Positions 9,433 through 19,127 are shown, numbered from the stretch's first letter. The stretch is DNA of 64,000 nucleotides from an uncultured Pseudomonadota bacterium (GCA_903919315.1 CAIXHP010000014.1:296-64295); one strand, 5' to 3'. Numbers and translations: made by a program. The notes: generated from the letters alone by a model not told the origin.

Positions 9433-10146
9433 ATGCGTCCTTCAGGCCGCGCGTTCGATCAGTTGCGCGCAATCTCTCTTCAGCCCCATGCGGCGAAATA
9501 CGCTGAAGGCTCGTGCCTCGTCAAATGCGGCGACACGCATGTGTTGTGCACGGCCAGCGTGGACGAAAAGGTGCCGCCGTTTCTGCGCAACACGGGGCTC
9601 GGTTGGGTCACCGCCGAATACGGGATGCTGCCGCGCGCGACGCACGACCGCACCGACCGCGAAGCCGCAAAGGGCAAGCAATCGGGGCGGACGCAGGAAA
9701 TCCAACGTCTCGTGGGCCGCGCGTTGCGCGCCGTGGTGGATCGCAAGGCGCTCGGCGAAATTCAGATCAAGATCGACTGCGATGTGCTGCAGGCCGACGG
9801 CGGCACACGCACGGCGGCGATCACGGGCGGTTATGTCGCGCTGGCTTTGGCGTGCCGCTATCTGGTCAAGATCGGCAAGATTCCGGCGCTGCCTTTGACC
9901 GACGCGGTGGCGGCGATTTCGTGCGGGATTTGCAACGGCGCGGCGGTGCTCGACCTCGACTATGCTGAAGATTCGAACGCGCAGGCCGACGCTAATTTTG
10001 TCCTGACGGGCAAGGGCGGCATCGTCGAAATTCAAGGCACCGCCGAACATGAACCCTTTGCCGAAGAGCAGTTCCATGAACTGCTGCGCCTCGCGCGTAA
10101 GGGCATCGGCGAACTGACGCGGATGCAGGCGGAGGCCATAGGGTAA
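9433..10146 (+). CDS. rph: ribonuclease PH
   Basis: [12 protein letters not shown] start, then [18 protein letters not shown] and [15 protein letters not shown]. Confidence 0.95.
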   Translation: MRPSGRAFDQLRAISLQPHAAKYAEGSCLVKCGDTHVLCTASVDEKVPPFLRNTGLGWVTAEYGMLPRATHDRTDREAAKGKQSGRTQEIQRLVGRALRAVVDRKALGEIQIKIDCDVLQADGGTRTAAITGGYVALALACRYLVKIGKIPALPLTDAVAAISCGICNGAAVLDLDYAEDSNAQADANFVLTGKGGIVEIQGTAEHEPFAEEQFHELLRLARKGIGELTRMQAEAIG

Positions 10147-10149
10147 CAT

Positions 10150-10746
10150 ATGGAGCGCCCGTTTCCGCACGACAAATTGGTCATCGCCACGCACAACGCG
10201 GGCAAGCTGCGCGAGTTTGAGTCGTTGCTGCGGCCCTATGTGAGCGCGGTTGTGTCGGCGGGGCAGTTGGGGTTGGCCGAGCCGGAGGAAAACGGCGCGA
10301 CGTTTGCGGACAATGCGTTGATCAAGGCTTTGGCGGCTGCCAAGGCGAGTGGCTGCGTGGCTTTGGCGGACGACAGCGGGCTGTGCGTTGCGGCGTTGGA
10401 CGGCAGGCCGGGGCTTTATTCGGCGCGGTGGATGGGGCCGGAAAAAGATCCTCGTTTGGCGATGCGGCGCGTGAACGAGGAACTGGGCGATGCGGCGGAT
10501 CGTTCCGCGCATTTTGCCTGTGTGCTGGCGCTGGCGTGGCCGGACGGTTATGCGGAACTGACCGAAGGCCGCTGTGACGGCGTGATCGTTTGGCCTCCGC
10601 GCGGCGATCAGGGGCACGATTATGATCCCATCTTTCAACCACGCGGATCGACCATGACTTTTGCCGAGATGGATGCGGGAGCGAAGCATGCGCTCAGCCA
10701 GCGCGGCGCGGCGATGCGGGCGCTGGTGGCGAAATATTTTGGATAA
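10150..10746 (+). CDS. rdgB: dITP/XTP pyrophosphatase (RdgB/HAM1 family)
   Basis: Contains LVIATHNAGKLREF, ALADDSGLCVAALDGRPGLYSARW and FQPRGSTMTFAEM. rph-rdgB-hemW synteny. Confidence 0.92.
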   Translation: MERPFPHDKLVIATHNAGKLREFESLLRPYVSAVVSAGQLGLAEPEENGATFADNALIKALAAAKASGCVALADDSGLCVAALDGRPGLYSARWMGPEKDPRLAMRRVNEELGDAADRSAHFACVLALAWPDGYAELTEGRCDGVIVWPPRGDQGHDYDPIFQPRGSTMTFAEMDAGAKHALSQRGAAMRALVAKYFG

Positions 10747-10747
10747 A

Positions 10748-11896
10748 ATGACTCGTCTCGCCATCTACATCCATTGGCCTTTCTGCGTTTCGAAATGCCC
10801 GTACTGTGATTTCAACAGCCATGTCGCGGATGCGGTGGATCATGCGGCGTGGGCGGCGGCGTATCGGCGCGAGTTGGCGCATTATGCCGCGTTGCTGCCG
10901 GGGCGGCGCGTCACCTCGGTGTTTTTCGGCGGCGGCACGCCTTCGCTGATGGCACCGCAGACGGTCGAAGCCGTTTTGCAAACCATCGCCGCGTCGTGGA
11001 CGGTGGCGGAGGATGTCGAGATTACGCTGGAGGCCAATCCCACCTCGGCGGAGGCGGAAAAATTCGCGGCGTTTCGCGCGGCGGGAGTCAATCGTTTGTC
11101 GCTGGGCGTGCAGTCGTTGCGTGACGACGCGCTGAAATTTCTGGGACGCGCCCATGATGCGGCGCAGGCGCGGCGGGCGTTGGAATGGGCGGCGCGGCAT
11201 TTTCCGCGTTACAGCTTTGATCTTATCTACGCGCGGCGTGATCAGATGCCTGAGGCTTGGGCGGCTGAGTTGCGCGAGGCTTTGGCGTTCGGCGCGTCGC
11301 ATATGTCGCTGTATCAACTGACCATCGAGCCGAACACGGTTTTTCACACGCTGGCGCGGCGCGATGCGGTGTTGACGGCGCGGGACGACGATGCGGCGGC
11401 GATGTTCGAGGCGACGAACGCGGCGATGGCCGAGGCGGGGCTTCCCGCTTACGAGATTTCCAATTACGCCGCGCCGGGTGCGGCCAGCCGCCACAATCTG
11501 ACCTATTGGCGCTATGAGCCGTATATCGGCATCGGGCCGGGGGCGCATGGCCGACGGCGCACGGAGGACGGAATCTATGCCACCGAAAACCACCGCGCGC
11601 CCGAAGCGTGGCTGCGGCAGGTGGCGGAACGCGGGCATGGCCTGAAGGTTGATGAAGCGCTGGATACGCTCACGGCGCAGCGCGAGGCATTGATGATGGG
11701 GCTGCGCCTCGTCGCCGGAATCGACGGCGCGGCGTGGCGGGAAAAATTCGGCGGTTCCGTCACCCAGTTCCTGCCGTCCGCCAAGCTGGCGCGGTTGCGG
11801 GCCGAGGGCTTGCTGTCGGACACGGGCGACGGCCTCCGCGCCACGCCGTCCGGCCTGCAACGCCTCAACGCGGTGTTGGCGTATTTGCTGGGGTGA
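10748..11896 (+). CDS. hemW: radical SAM haem chaperone HemW (HemN-like, oxygen-independent coproporphyrinogen oxidase family)
   Basis: LAIYIHWPFCVSKCPYCDFNSH carries the CxxxCxxC radical-SAM motif. The start is set at MTRLAIY. Confidence 0.9.
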   Translation: MTRLAIYIHWPFCVSKCPYCDFNSHVADAVDHAAWAAAYRRELAHYAALLPGRRVTSVFFGGGTPSLMAPQTVEAVLQTIAASWTVAEDVEITLEANPTSAEAEKFAAFRAAGVNRLSLGVQSLRDDALKFLGRAHDAAQARRALEWAARHFPRYSFDLIYARRDQMPEAWAAELREALAFGASHMSLYQLTIEPNTVFHTLARRDAVLTARDDDAAAMFEATNAAMAEAGLPAYEISNYAAPGAASRHNLTYWRYEPYIGIGPGAHGRRRTEDGIYATENHRAPEAWLRQVAERGHGLKVDEALDTLTAQREALMMGLRLVAGIDGAAWREKFGGSVTQFLPSAKLARLRAEGLLSDTGDGLRATPSGLQRLNAVLAYLLG

Positions 11897-11944
11897 TACG
11901 GACGCGCGGGGTCATGGCTATAAAACAAGATTTCGGCCATTGGC

Positions 11945-13786
11945 TCACGGATCCAATCTTTCTTCCTCGTTCGCCGAGACAGCGGGGCTTTCGAGATCCG
12001 GCTCGCCCTGATCGTCGACGATAAAACCGCCCGACTGAATCTTGAAAAGATTCGCGTAGAGTCCGTTTCTCGCGAGCAGTTCGGCGTGAGTGCCTTGCTC
12101 AACAATCTTTCCGTGATCGAAGACGAGGATGCGGTCGGCATCGAGTATTGTCGAAAGACGGTGGGCCACCATGATGGATGTGCGCCCCTGAATGAGGGTG
12201 TGCAGGGCCAATTGGATGGATTTTTCGCTTACGGAATCGAGCGAACTTGTCGCTTCGTCGAGAATGAGTATGGGGCGATCCGCCAACAGGGCGCGCGCGA
12301 TGGCCACGCGCTGCCGTTCGCCGCCGGATAGCTTCACGCCGCGCTCGCCGACGAAGGTATCGTACCGTTCCGGCAGACTCTGAATAAAGGCATCGATATG
12401 GGCTCGTTCGGCGGCGCGGCGGATGTCTTCGAGGCTTGCCTGCGGCCGGGCGTAAGCGATGTTTTCGCTTATCGCGCGGTGAAACAGAATAGGTTCTTGG
12501 GGAACCAACGCTATGTTGCTGCGCAAAGACTCTTGCGTGTGTTCGGCGATGTTCTGGCCGTCGATGGAAATGCTGCCGTGCTGAACATCATAGGCGCGTT
12601 GCAGCAAGCGCAGAAACGTCGTCTTGCCGCTGCCCGAATGGCCGACGAGGGCAATGCGTTCACCGGCCTTGATCGATAAAGTGAAATCCTCAAAAATCGG
12701 CTTCGACTTGCCGGGATAAGAGAAGGTAACGTGATTGAAGTCTATGGCTCCGTGGGGAACGGAAAGCGCTTTGGCTTCGGGTTTGTCGGTGATTTCCGGC
12801 TTTTGCCGCAAAAGGCCGATCACGGCGTGCAGGTCATACGAGCTCGTCAAGAGGTCGCGGATTAGGTACGCAAGCTCGCGTAAATATGACTGGAGAATGG
12901 TATAGGCCATAACGAGATAGGCCATGTCTTCGACGGAGGCTTTTCCCTTCAGAAAGTACCATGTGCCGCCGCCGAGCAGCAGCGCGAGCATGCCCACCAA
13001 AAGCGCATTCTGCGTCGTCCCGATCATCGTGCCCGTGGAATAGGCCTTGTGATTTTTCTCACGCAACGATTCCAATTGGTCGGCAAAAGAACGAATCTCG
13101 TGCTTTTCCTGCGCATAGGCCTTTGTCGTGGCAATGCCGGAAATGCTGTCCGCCAATTGCGCGACGGTCGTGTCTTGGGCGTTGGCGTAAACAGACTGCA
13201 CCGGCCCCGCTAGGCGCAGAACCAGCACCACGCTTACCCCGACCAGAAACACGACGTACAGACCGAGGAGAACGGCCAAGAGTGGAAACCGTAACGCAAG
13301 AAAGACTATGCTCCCCACCAAGATAATGGCGGTTGGCATAATGCGGTGGAAAAGGTGGTCTTGAAAAGGCTCGATGCGTGTGCGGGCGCGGGTGATCTTT
13401 GAAATAATCCCGCCGGTAAAATTGTTCGAAAAGAACTGCTCGGACAAACGATGCACATGGACGAAGGCATCGTTCATGAGGTCTTTAAAAAGGCGCGTTT
13501 CGAACTTGTTGTAAACAATATAGGAGCCCCACCGTAGGACGAGTTGCAGCGTGTAGATGCCGATGAACGCGCCCAGATACAGCAAAACCGTCGCCGCGCC
13601 CTTTTGTTCGCGCACGGCGCCAAGGAAAGCCGAAAGGCTGGTTGGAATGATGGTTTCAACGAACGCCGCGACAGAGAACAACGCAATAAACAGCGCCAGC
13701 TTTTTCGGCTGCCTGCGCCAGTAACCGGCCACGAACCGGAAAACATCGAAAAAAGACAGGTGCATTTTTTGTTCCGCGTTCAGCAT
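11945..13786 (-). CDS. ABC exporter, fused permease/ATPase (MsbA/ABCB-like)
   Basis: N-terminal 6-TM region, Walker A GHSGSGKTT, signature LSGGERQRVAIARAL, and Walker B ILILDEATSSLD. Start uncertain (13849, 13786 or 13765). Confidence 0.9.
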   Translation of the reverse strand: MLNAEQKMHLSFFDVFRFVAGYWRRQPKKLALFIALFSVAAFVETIIPTSLSAFLGAVREQKGAATVLLYLGAFIGIYTLQLVLRWGSYIVYNKFETRLFKDLMNDAFVHVHRLSEQFFSNNFTGGIISKITRARTRIEPFQDHLFHRIMPTAIILVGSIVFLALRFPLLAVLLGLYVVFLVGVSVVLVLRLAGPVQSVYANAQDTTVAQLADSISGIATTKAYAQEKHEIRSFADQLESLREKNHKAYSTGTMIGTTQNALLVGMLALLLGGGTWYFLKGKASVEDMAYLVMAYTILQSYLRELAYLIRDLLTSSYDLHAVIGLLRQKPEITDKPEAKALSVPHGAIDFNHVTFSYPGKSKPIFEDFTLSIKAGERIALVGHSGSGKTTFLRLLQRAYDVQHGSISIDGQNIAEHTQESLRSNIALVPQEPILFHRAISENIAYARPQASLEDIRRAAERAHIDAFIQSLPERYDTFVGERGVKLSGGERQRVAIARALLADRPILILDEATSSLDSVSEKSIQLALHTLIQGRTSIMVAHRLSTILDADRILVFDHGKIVEQGTHAELLARNGLYANLFKIQSGGFIVDDQGEPDLESPAVSANEEERLDP

Positions 13787-13863
13787 AGGTCGCGCCTGAC
13801 AGACAGGCATCCTCCTCACGAAGTCCTGATGCGGAACATCATGCCACAAGAAAGTGTTTAGAG

Positions 13864-14019
13864 TCCCTCCCCCTCGTGGGGAGGGTTAGGGAGGGGGGAG
13901 AGCGACCGGGGTGTGGCGTGTGATATTTGGTAAGGATAATGGTTAGGGAACATCATTTTCGGCAACAGTGCCCTTGCGGAACGCCCCCCTCCCCAACCCT
14001 CCCCACGAGGGGGGAGGGA
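13864..14019. repeat. Family B MITE-like element (about 156 bp) with about 35-bp terminal inverted repeats
   Basis: Left end TCCCTCCCCCTCGTGGGGAGGGTTAGGGAGGGGGG. The right end is its reverse complement with 2-3 differences. The internal sequence matches 52190-52320 in inverse orientation. Confidence 0.75.
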
Positions 14020-14073
14020 ATCGCCCTGACGGCCCTTCTGGGCCACTTGCTCTGGCTTCAGCCGGTTGTCGTT

Positions 14074-14940
14074 CTAAGCCGCGGCCAACTGCGGGAAGAG
14101 GTGACGGCGGCGGGGTGTGGGGGCTGTGGGGGTAGGTTCCTCGATGCGCAGCGAGGCATAGCGGCTAAAGCGCGTGAAGCTGTCGGTGCGGGCTCCGGTT
14201 GTGATGGCTTGGGGGGCGGTCACGTGGTCGAAGCGGCCGCCTTCCATGCGGGCTTCGGTCAGGTCGGCTCCGGCGAAATTGGCGTGGCGGAAGTCGCCGC
14301 GCAAGATCGCTTCCTGCATTTCTGCGCCGCGGAAACAGGCTTCGCCTTGGGTCACTTTCGTGCCGGTCAGGTCGGCTTGGCGCATTCTGGCGTTCTCAAA
14401 GCTGGTGCCTTCGCCGATGTAGCCAAAGGCCATCCGGCACACGGCCAGACGCGCACCACGGAAATTGCCTTCCCAGTTCGCGCCGGGGGCGGCGGCGTGG
14501 TTCAGATCCGCGCCGCGCGCGTCGGCGCGGTAGAAATTGACGCTGCCCAGTTTCGCGTTCCTGAGGTTGGCGTTTTCAAGAATCGAATAGGCGAAGGTCG
14601 CACCGGTCAGGGTCGCGCCTTCCAGACAGATTTGGCGCAGGTTGAGGCGGCTGAAGTTCTGGCCGGAGAGGTTGGCGCCGGTAAAGTCGATTTGGCGCAA
14701 CGCCGCGCCACCCAGCGCGCGCAGGTTAAGGCCGCGCAGATCGGCGCCTTTCAGGCTCAGACCCCTAAAGTTGAAGTTTTCCGGGCGTTTTGCGCCGGAT
14801 TCGAAGGCGGCGATCAACTGGCGCGCCATCTCGCGTTTGTCGCTGGTGTGCAGGGTGATGCTGTCCACGCCGTTGCGGCTGGGGACGGTGGTGCACCGCA
14901 ACGAGGCGTAATGACGTGTTTTTCTGGCCGAAGCGATCAT
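14074..14940 (-). CDS. pentapeptide-repeat protein
   Basis: Long run of A(D/N)LxG-type pentapeptides (GADLRGLNLRALGGAALRQIDFTGANLSGQNFSRLNL...). Confidence 0.85.
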   Translation of the reverse strand: MIASARKTRHYASLRCTTVPSRNGVDSITLHTSDKREMARQLIAAFESGAKRPENFNFRGLSLKGADLRGLNLRALGGAALRQIDFTGANLSGQNFSRLNLRQICLEGATLTGATFAYSILENANLRNAKLGSVNFYRADARGADLNHAAAPGANWEGNFRGARLAVCRMAFGYIGEGTSFENARMRQADLTGTKVTQGEACFRGAEMQEAILRGDFRHANFAGADLTEARMEGGRFDHVTAPQAITTGARTDSFTRFSRYASLRIEEPTPTAPTPRRRHLFPQLAAA

Positions 14941-15116
14941 GGAAACTTCTCCCGTTCTCTGAAATCTAGATTAACGGGAGGAGGTTAACAAGGCCTCAAT
15001 ATAGCCACGCAACTAATTGAAATATAACGATAATAATCCAATGTGGGCTAAATTTTAGATGTTTTCTTCGCAAGTAATTCTGCAACTAAAATGGTGGCGC
15101 TGCCGCTTTGCGATCA

Positions 15117-15779
15117 CTAAGGCGCAGGGGCGTAGACTGGATGTCTTGCCATTGAGTTGCTCAAGGCCGGCGTTGGAGAATAGGGGTGCTGGGAGGGCTT
15201 GAACAAGGCTTGCACGACGGCATCGGCCACGGAAGCCACCACGGTGTGCCCACGCGCCTGTCCCAAGAACAGGACGGATTCTCCCTGTATTTTGCGCATG
15301 CTGTTGTCATGATTGGGCGCAACCCATATCACGGGGTCGTGGCCCGGGGATGCGGTATGGGAGGCGAAGTAAATTTCGGACGAATATTCTTGCGCTGCGG
15401 GCTTCAGACCACAATCTTTCAAAAGATTGTAAGCCGAGAAGGGCGTGTAAAGGCCTTTGTCTTTTTCTGTGGGGTCGCGCAGCGTGATGACGGCTGTGGC
15501 AAAGCGCAGCGTCAATTCGTCTTCGCTCACGCTTTTCAAGAGCTTGACGGCCGGAACAAAGGGTTTTGCACCATAGACGGGAGGTTTGTGTTCGTTGTAG
15601 GGGCCGATTTTGTCCGTCAGTCGGTATTCAATGAGGTGCTTTTCCCTATCACAGACAATGCTCGCCACGACCCAATCCGTTTCAATGATGGGCCTGCCGC
15701 CGGTGGTTGTCTGGGCGATGACTTGGCCGGGGCGCAAAAGACCTATTTTTATGGGCTCCAGCATATCGGTGAGCGGCAT
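15117..15779 (-). CDS. hypothetical protein (220 aa)
   Basis: The start is set at ATG 15779, preceded by AAGGAGA. No recognisable motif. Confidence 0.5.
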   Translation of the reverse strand: MPLTDMLEPIKIGLLRPGQVIAQTTTGGRPIIETDWVVASIVCDREKHLIEYRLTDKIGPYNEHKPPVYGAKPFVPAVKLLKSVSEDELTLRFATAVITLRDPTEKDKGLYTPFSAYNLLKDCGLKPAAQEYSSEIYFASHTASPGHDPVIWVAPNHDNSMRKIQGESVLFLGQARGHTVVASVADAVVQALFKPSQHPYSPTPALSNSMARHPVYAPAP

Positions 15780-15923
15780 GACAAGGTCTCCTTGGTTTTG
15801 GCGGTTGGCGCAAAAAGATTTAACGCACCGTAAGTAGGGGTATTGTAGCGCAACATCAGGTGGGATGCGCAACATTGATTTAGTTGCGCAAAAGGAAAGT
15901 TGGGCAGCCTCCGGGCAGGGGGG

Positions 15924-17288
15924 TTAGTTAACGCCGCTTCCAAATCCCGCGAACGATGACGGCGAGGGGTCCACGAGTTGGTTGCCGGCGGGGGTGATTT
16001 CGTTGATGGCGAGGCCGCGTTCGGTTGAGCCTTGGGGGGTCAGGCGGAAAATGCCGTCCAGTCCGGCGAAGCCGTTGGGGTTGCTGAGCGCCGCGCGGTC
16101 ATAGCGGCCCCCGCGTTGCGCCAGAATGGCGGCCAAAGCGGTGGCATCATAGGCCAGCGTGGCGAGGCGCGGCGGTTCCTGACCATAGGTCTTGCTGTAA
16201 TTGTCGATGAAGGGGGCTCGGGCTTCGGGTTCGGCGGCGGCGTACCATCCGCCCACCAGCAAGGGCGTTTTGCCCAAGCCCGGCTCGTCCCACAGGCCGG
16301 TGCCGAGCAGGCGGAGCCTGCCGTTTTCCAGCCCGGCGCTGGCCAGAGTCGCGGCGACGCTGCGCAATTCGTTGCCGCCCAGCGGCAGGAACAGCGCGTC
16401 GATCCGGTCGCGTTGGGCGGCGATGTCTTGCGCGTGCGCGACGTTGGCCGTCGCTACGATGGTTCCGCCGTTGCGGCGTACTGAGTCCTCGAACGCTTGC
16501 TTGACCAACGCGCCATAGGGCGTGGCGGGGATGATGGCGGCAAAGCGCCGCGCGTCGTGCCGCGCGGCATAGGCCACCACGCGGTCGACTTGCGGCGCGG
16601 GCGCAAAGCCCATGACGTAGGCTCCCGGCTCCGCCAGCGACACGTCCGTGGACAGCGCCAGCATGTTGATTGCGGAGGTTTGCACGACGGGTTTGACGGC
16701 GGCGACATCGCCCGCGAACAAGGGGCCGATCAGCAATTGCGCTCCGTCGGCGATGGCGCTGCGGGCGGCTTGCGCGGCGCTGTCGGCGCTCGCGCCGGTG
16801 TCGCGCGGCATCAGCTCGAACGACGCGCCCGCCATGTCAAACACCGCGAGCTGCGCCGCGTTGAGCATCGCTTGCCCCAGCGCCGCGTTTTTGCCGGATA
16901 AGGGCAGCAACAGCGCGACTTGGATCTTGCCGTTGCGGATCGCGTTGGGCGCGTAGGCTTGCGGCGGGGGCGCGGGGACGGGCCGGTTCAACGCATAGCT
17001 CGGCGGCAACGGTTGCCCCGCGCCGGGAAGCCATGGTTGGCTTTGCAGGCGCGACGTGGCCATGCCGGTGTTCGGGCGCGGCGCGGGTTTGGCCATGGGC
17101 TTGGGGGCGGGTTGCGATTCAGCCTGTGACGGCCACGCGTTCTGCATTACATTGTCCCACGCCGAGCAGCCGCCAAGCGCAAGTAGTATCAGGCCGAGCA
17201 TCGCGGGTTTCGCGCACCGCGCCGCCAACAGCCACGACGGGGACCATGAACGGGAAAAAGCAGAAATCATCGCCGGATTACTCCGCAT
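15924..17288 (-). CDS. LpoA/LppC-like lipoprotein (periplasmic-binding-protein fold, penicillin-binding-protein activator family)
   Basis: Lipobox LALGGC, a Pro-rich linker, then IQVALLLPLSGKNAALGQAMLNAAQLAV (type I PBP fold). It is divergent from rsmI, as lpoA is from rsmI in E. coli. Confidence 0.68.
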   Translation of the reverse strand: MRSNPAMISAFSRSWSPSWLLAARCAKPAMLGLILLALGGCSAWDNVMQNAWPSQAESQPAPKPMAKPAPRPNTGMATSRLQSQPWLPGAGQPLPPSYALNRPVPAPPPQAYAPNAIRNGKIQVALLLPLSGKNAALGQAMLNAAQLAVFDMAGASFELMPRDTGASADSAAQAARSAIADGAQLLIGPLFAGDVAAVKPVVQTSAINMLALSTDVSLAEPGAYVMGFAPAPQVDRVVAYAARHDARRFAAIIPATPYGALVKQAFEDSVRRNGGTIVATANVAHAQDIAAQRDRIDALFLPLGGNELRSVAATLASAGLENGRLRLLGTGLWDEPGLGKTPLLVGGWYAAAEPEARAPFIDNYSKTYGQEPPRLATLAYDATALAAILAQRGGRYDRAALSNPNGFAGLDGIFRLTPQGSTERGLAINEITPAGNQLVDPSPSSFAGFGSGVN

Positions 17289-17302
17289 GGGTTCGTTGTC
17301 TG

Positions 17303-18175
17303 GTGGAGGCTAGCGGGGAAGAGGCCGCAAGTAAACCGAGGAACCTTGCCCCCGGACTCTATGTCGTGGCGACGCCCATCGGCAACCGGGGGGACATATC
17401 GCTGCGGGCTTTGCACACGTTGGCGGAGGCGGATGTCGTGGCCTGCGAGGACACGCGGGTGACGGGGGCGCTGTTGCACGGCTATGGGCTGAAAAAGCCG
17501 CTGCTGTCCTATCACGACCACAACGCGGCGGAGCGTTTGCCGGAGCTGTTGGCGCGGCTGGGCGCGGGCGAGGCGGTGGCTTTGGTCAGCGATGCCGGAA
17601 CGCCGTTGATTTCCGATCCCGGCTATAAACTGGTGCAGGCTTGCCGTGCCGCCGGGCATGACGTGGTCGCGGTGCCGGGGGCCAGCGCATTGCTGACCGC
17701 TTTGGCGAGCTGCGGGTTGCCGACCGATCGTTTTCTGTTCGCGGGGTTTTTGCCGCCCAAGAAAACCGCGCGGCAAAAGGAATTGGCGGAACTGGCGGGC
17801 ATTCCGGCGACGCTGGTGTTTTACGAATCCGCGCCGCGCCTTGGCGCGACGTTGGCGGATATGGCGGCGGTATTGGGCGGCGGACGGCACGCCGCCGTGG
17901 CGCGGGAGCTTACCAAGCTGTTCGAAGACATGCGGACGGCCACGCTGGCGGAACTGGCGGGCCAGTATGCCGAGGAGGACACGCCCAAAGGCGAGATCGT
18001 CATCGTGGTGGGACCACCCGACGCGGCGGAGGCTGCTTTGCCCGACATAGACGCTCTGTTGGTTCAGGCCTTGGCGACGCAGACGCTGCGCGATGCCGTC
18101 GCGGCGGTGACGGCGGCGACCGGCGCGAAAAAGAGCGAGGTGTATCAGCGGGCGTTGGCGTTAACGCAGGGATGA
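17303..18175 (+). CDS. rsmI: 16S rRNA (cytidine1402-2'-O)-methyltransferase RsmI
   Basis: Contains LYVVATPIGNRGDISLRALHTLAEADVVACEDTR. Start ambiguous: GTG 17303 is chosen, and ATG 17246 would overlap the divergent gene. Confidence 0.86.
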   Translation: MEASGEEAASKPRNLAPGLYVVATPIGNRGDISLRALHTLAEADVVACEDTRVTGALLHGYGLKKPLLSYHDHNAAERLPELLARLGAGEAVALVSDAGTPLISDPGYKLVQACRAAGHDVVAVPGASALLTALASCGLPTDRFLFAGFLPPKKTARQKELAELAGIPATLVFYESAPRLGATLADMAAVLGGGRHAAVARELTKLFEDMRTATLAELAGQYAEEDTPKGEIVIVVGPPDAAEAALPDIDALLVQALATQTLRDAVAAVTAATGAKKSEVYQRALALTQG

Positions 18176-18184
18176 CGGTAGGGG

Positions 18185-18255
18185 ATTGAAGGCAAACACA
18201 AATCCCGTCATGCCCGCGCAGGCGGGCATCCCGTTTGGTTTCTTCTTTATGGTCA
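18185..18255. repeat. Family A hairpin repeat
   Basis: GTCATGCCCGCGCAGGCGGGCATCC followed by CGTTTGGTTTCTTCTTTATGGTCAT. Confidence 0.85.
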
Positions 18256-18311
18256 TTTTATGAGGCAACGGCTATAGGCCAAGATGGGTCGTTTGTTTTT
18301 GAGGGGGCGGT

Positions 18312-19127
18312 ATGTTGAAATTTTCTCTGTTTGAACCTGTGACGGCGATTTTGCGCGCGACGGCGGACGATATTACGGAACCGGCGCGGCGCGAGCTTGG
18401 GACGCTGGGGGTGGAAACCAAGCCCGATGGGTCTTTTGTGACAAAGGCGGATCGCGCCGCCGAGGCGCGTCTGACCGAGCAACTGACGGCGTTGTTGCCG
18501 GGGTCAAAGTTGTTGGGCGAGGAAACGGTGGGCAACTGGCGCACGTCGCCGTTGCTGACGGATCGCGGCGACGTTTGGATTGCGGATCCCATCGACGGCA
18601 CGTCCCAATTCATCCGGGGCGAAGATTACGGCATCATGCTGGCGCTGCGGCGGGAGCTGCGGATTCAGGCGGCGTGGATTTACTTCCCCGTGACGGGCGA
18701 TATGCTGTTCGCTTCGGTCGATGACGCGACGCATCACATCGTGTGGGCAGCGGACGGAACCGTTTCCATGCAGCGCGTGAGCATTCCGCACCGCGCAACC
18801 GGTGACATGACCTTGGGCTATCACCCGGCAGAACGCAAAGGCGAGTGGGACTTGCGCGGCGAAACGGGGTCGCTTTTCGCGGCGCGGCGCTGCATGACGT
18901 GCTTTGCCACCGAGGTGCGGCAAATGGTCTTGGCTGGAACCTATGTCATTGACACCACGTATTATTCTCCGTGGGACAGCGAACCGACGCGCCTGATCGC
19001 CGAGCGGGCGGGCGCGGCCACCGATTTTCACAACGTGCCGCTGAGCGAAGGGCCGTATCGGAGCGTGATAGCTCCCCACGCGACCGCGCGGGATGTTGTT
19101 TTGCCGGTTGTTAACGCGGCGCCTTGA
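18312..19127 (+). CDS. inositol monophosphatase-family phosphatase
   Basis: Contains GEETVG and the WIADPIDGTSQFIRG signature. Confidence 0.78.
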   Translation: MLKFSLFEPVTAILRATADDITEPARRELGTLGVETKPDGSFVTKADRAAEARLTEQLTALLPGSKLLGEETVGNWRTSPLLTDRGDVWIADPIDGTSQFIRGEDYGIMLALRRELRIQAAWIYFPVTGDMLFASVDDATHHIVWAADGTVSMQRVSIPHRATGDMTLGYHPAERKGEWDLRGETGSLFAARRCMTCFATEVRQMVLAGTYVIDTTYYSPWDSEPTRLIAERAGAATDFHNVPLSEGPYRSVIAPHATARDVVLPVVNAAP

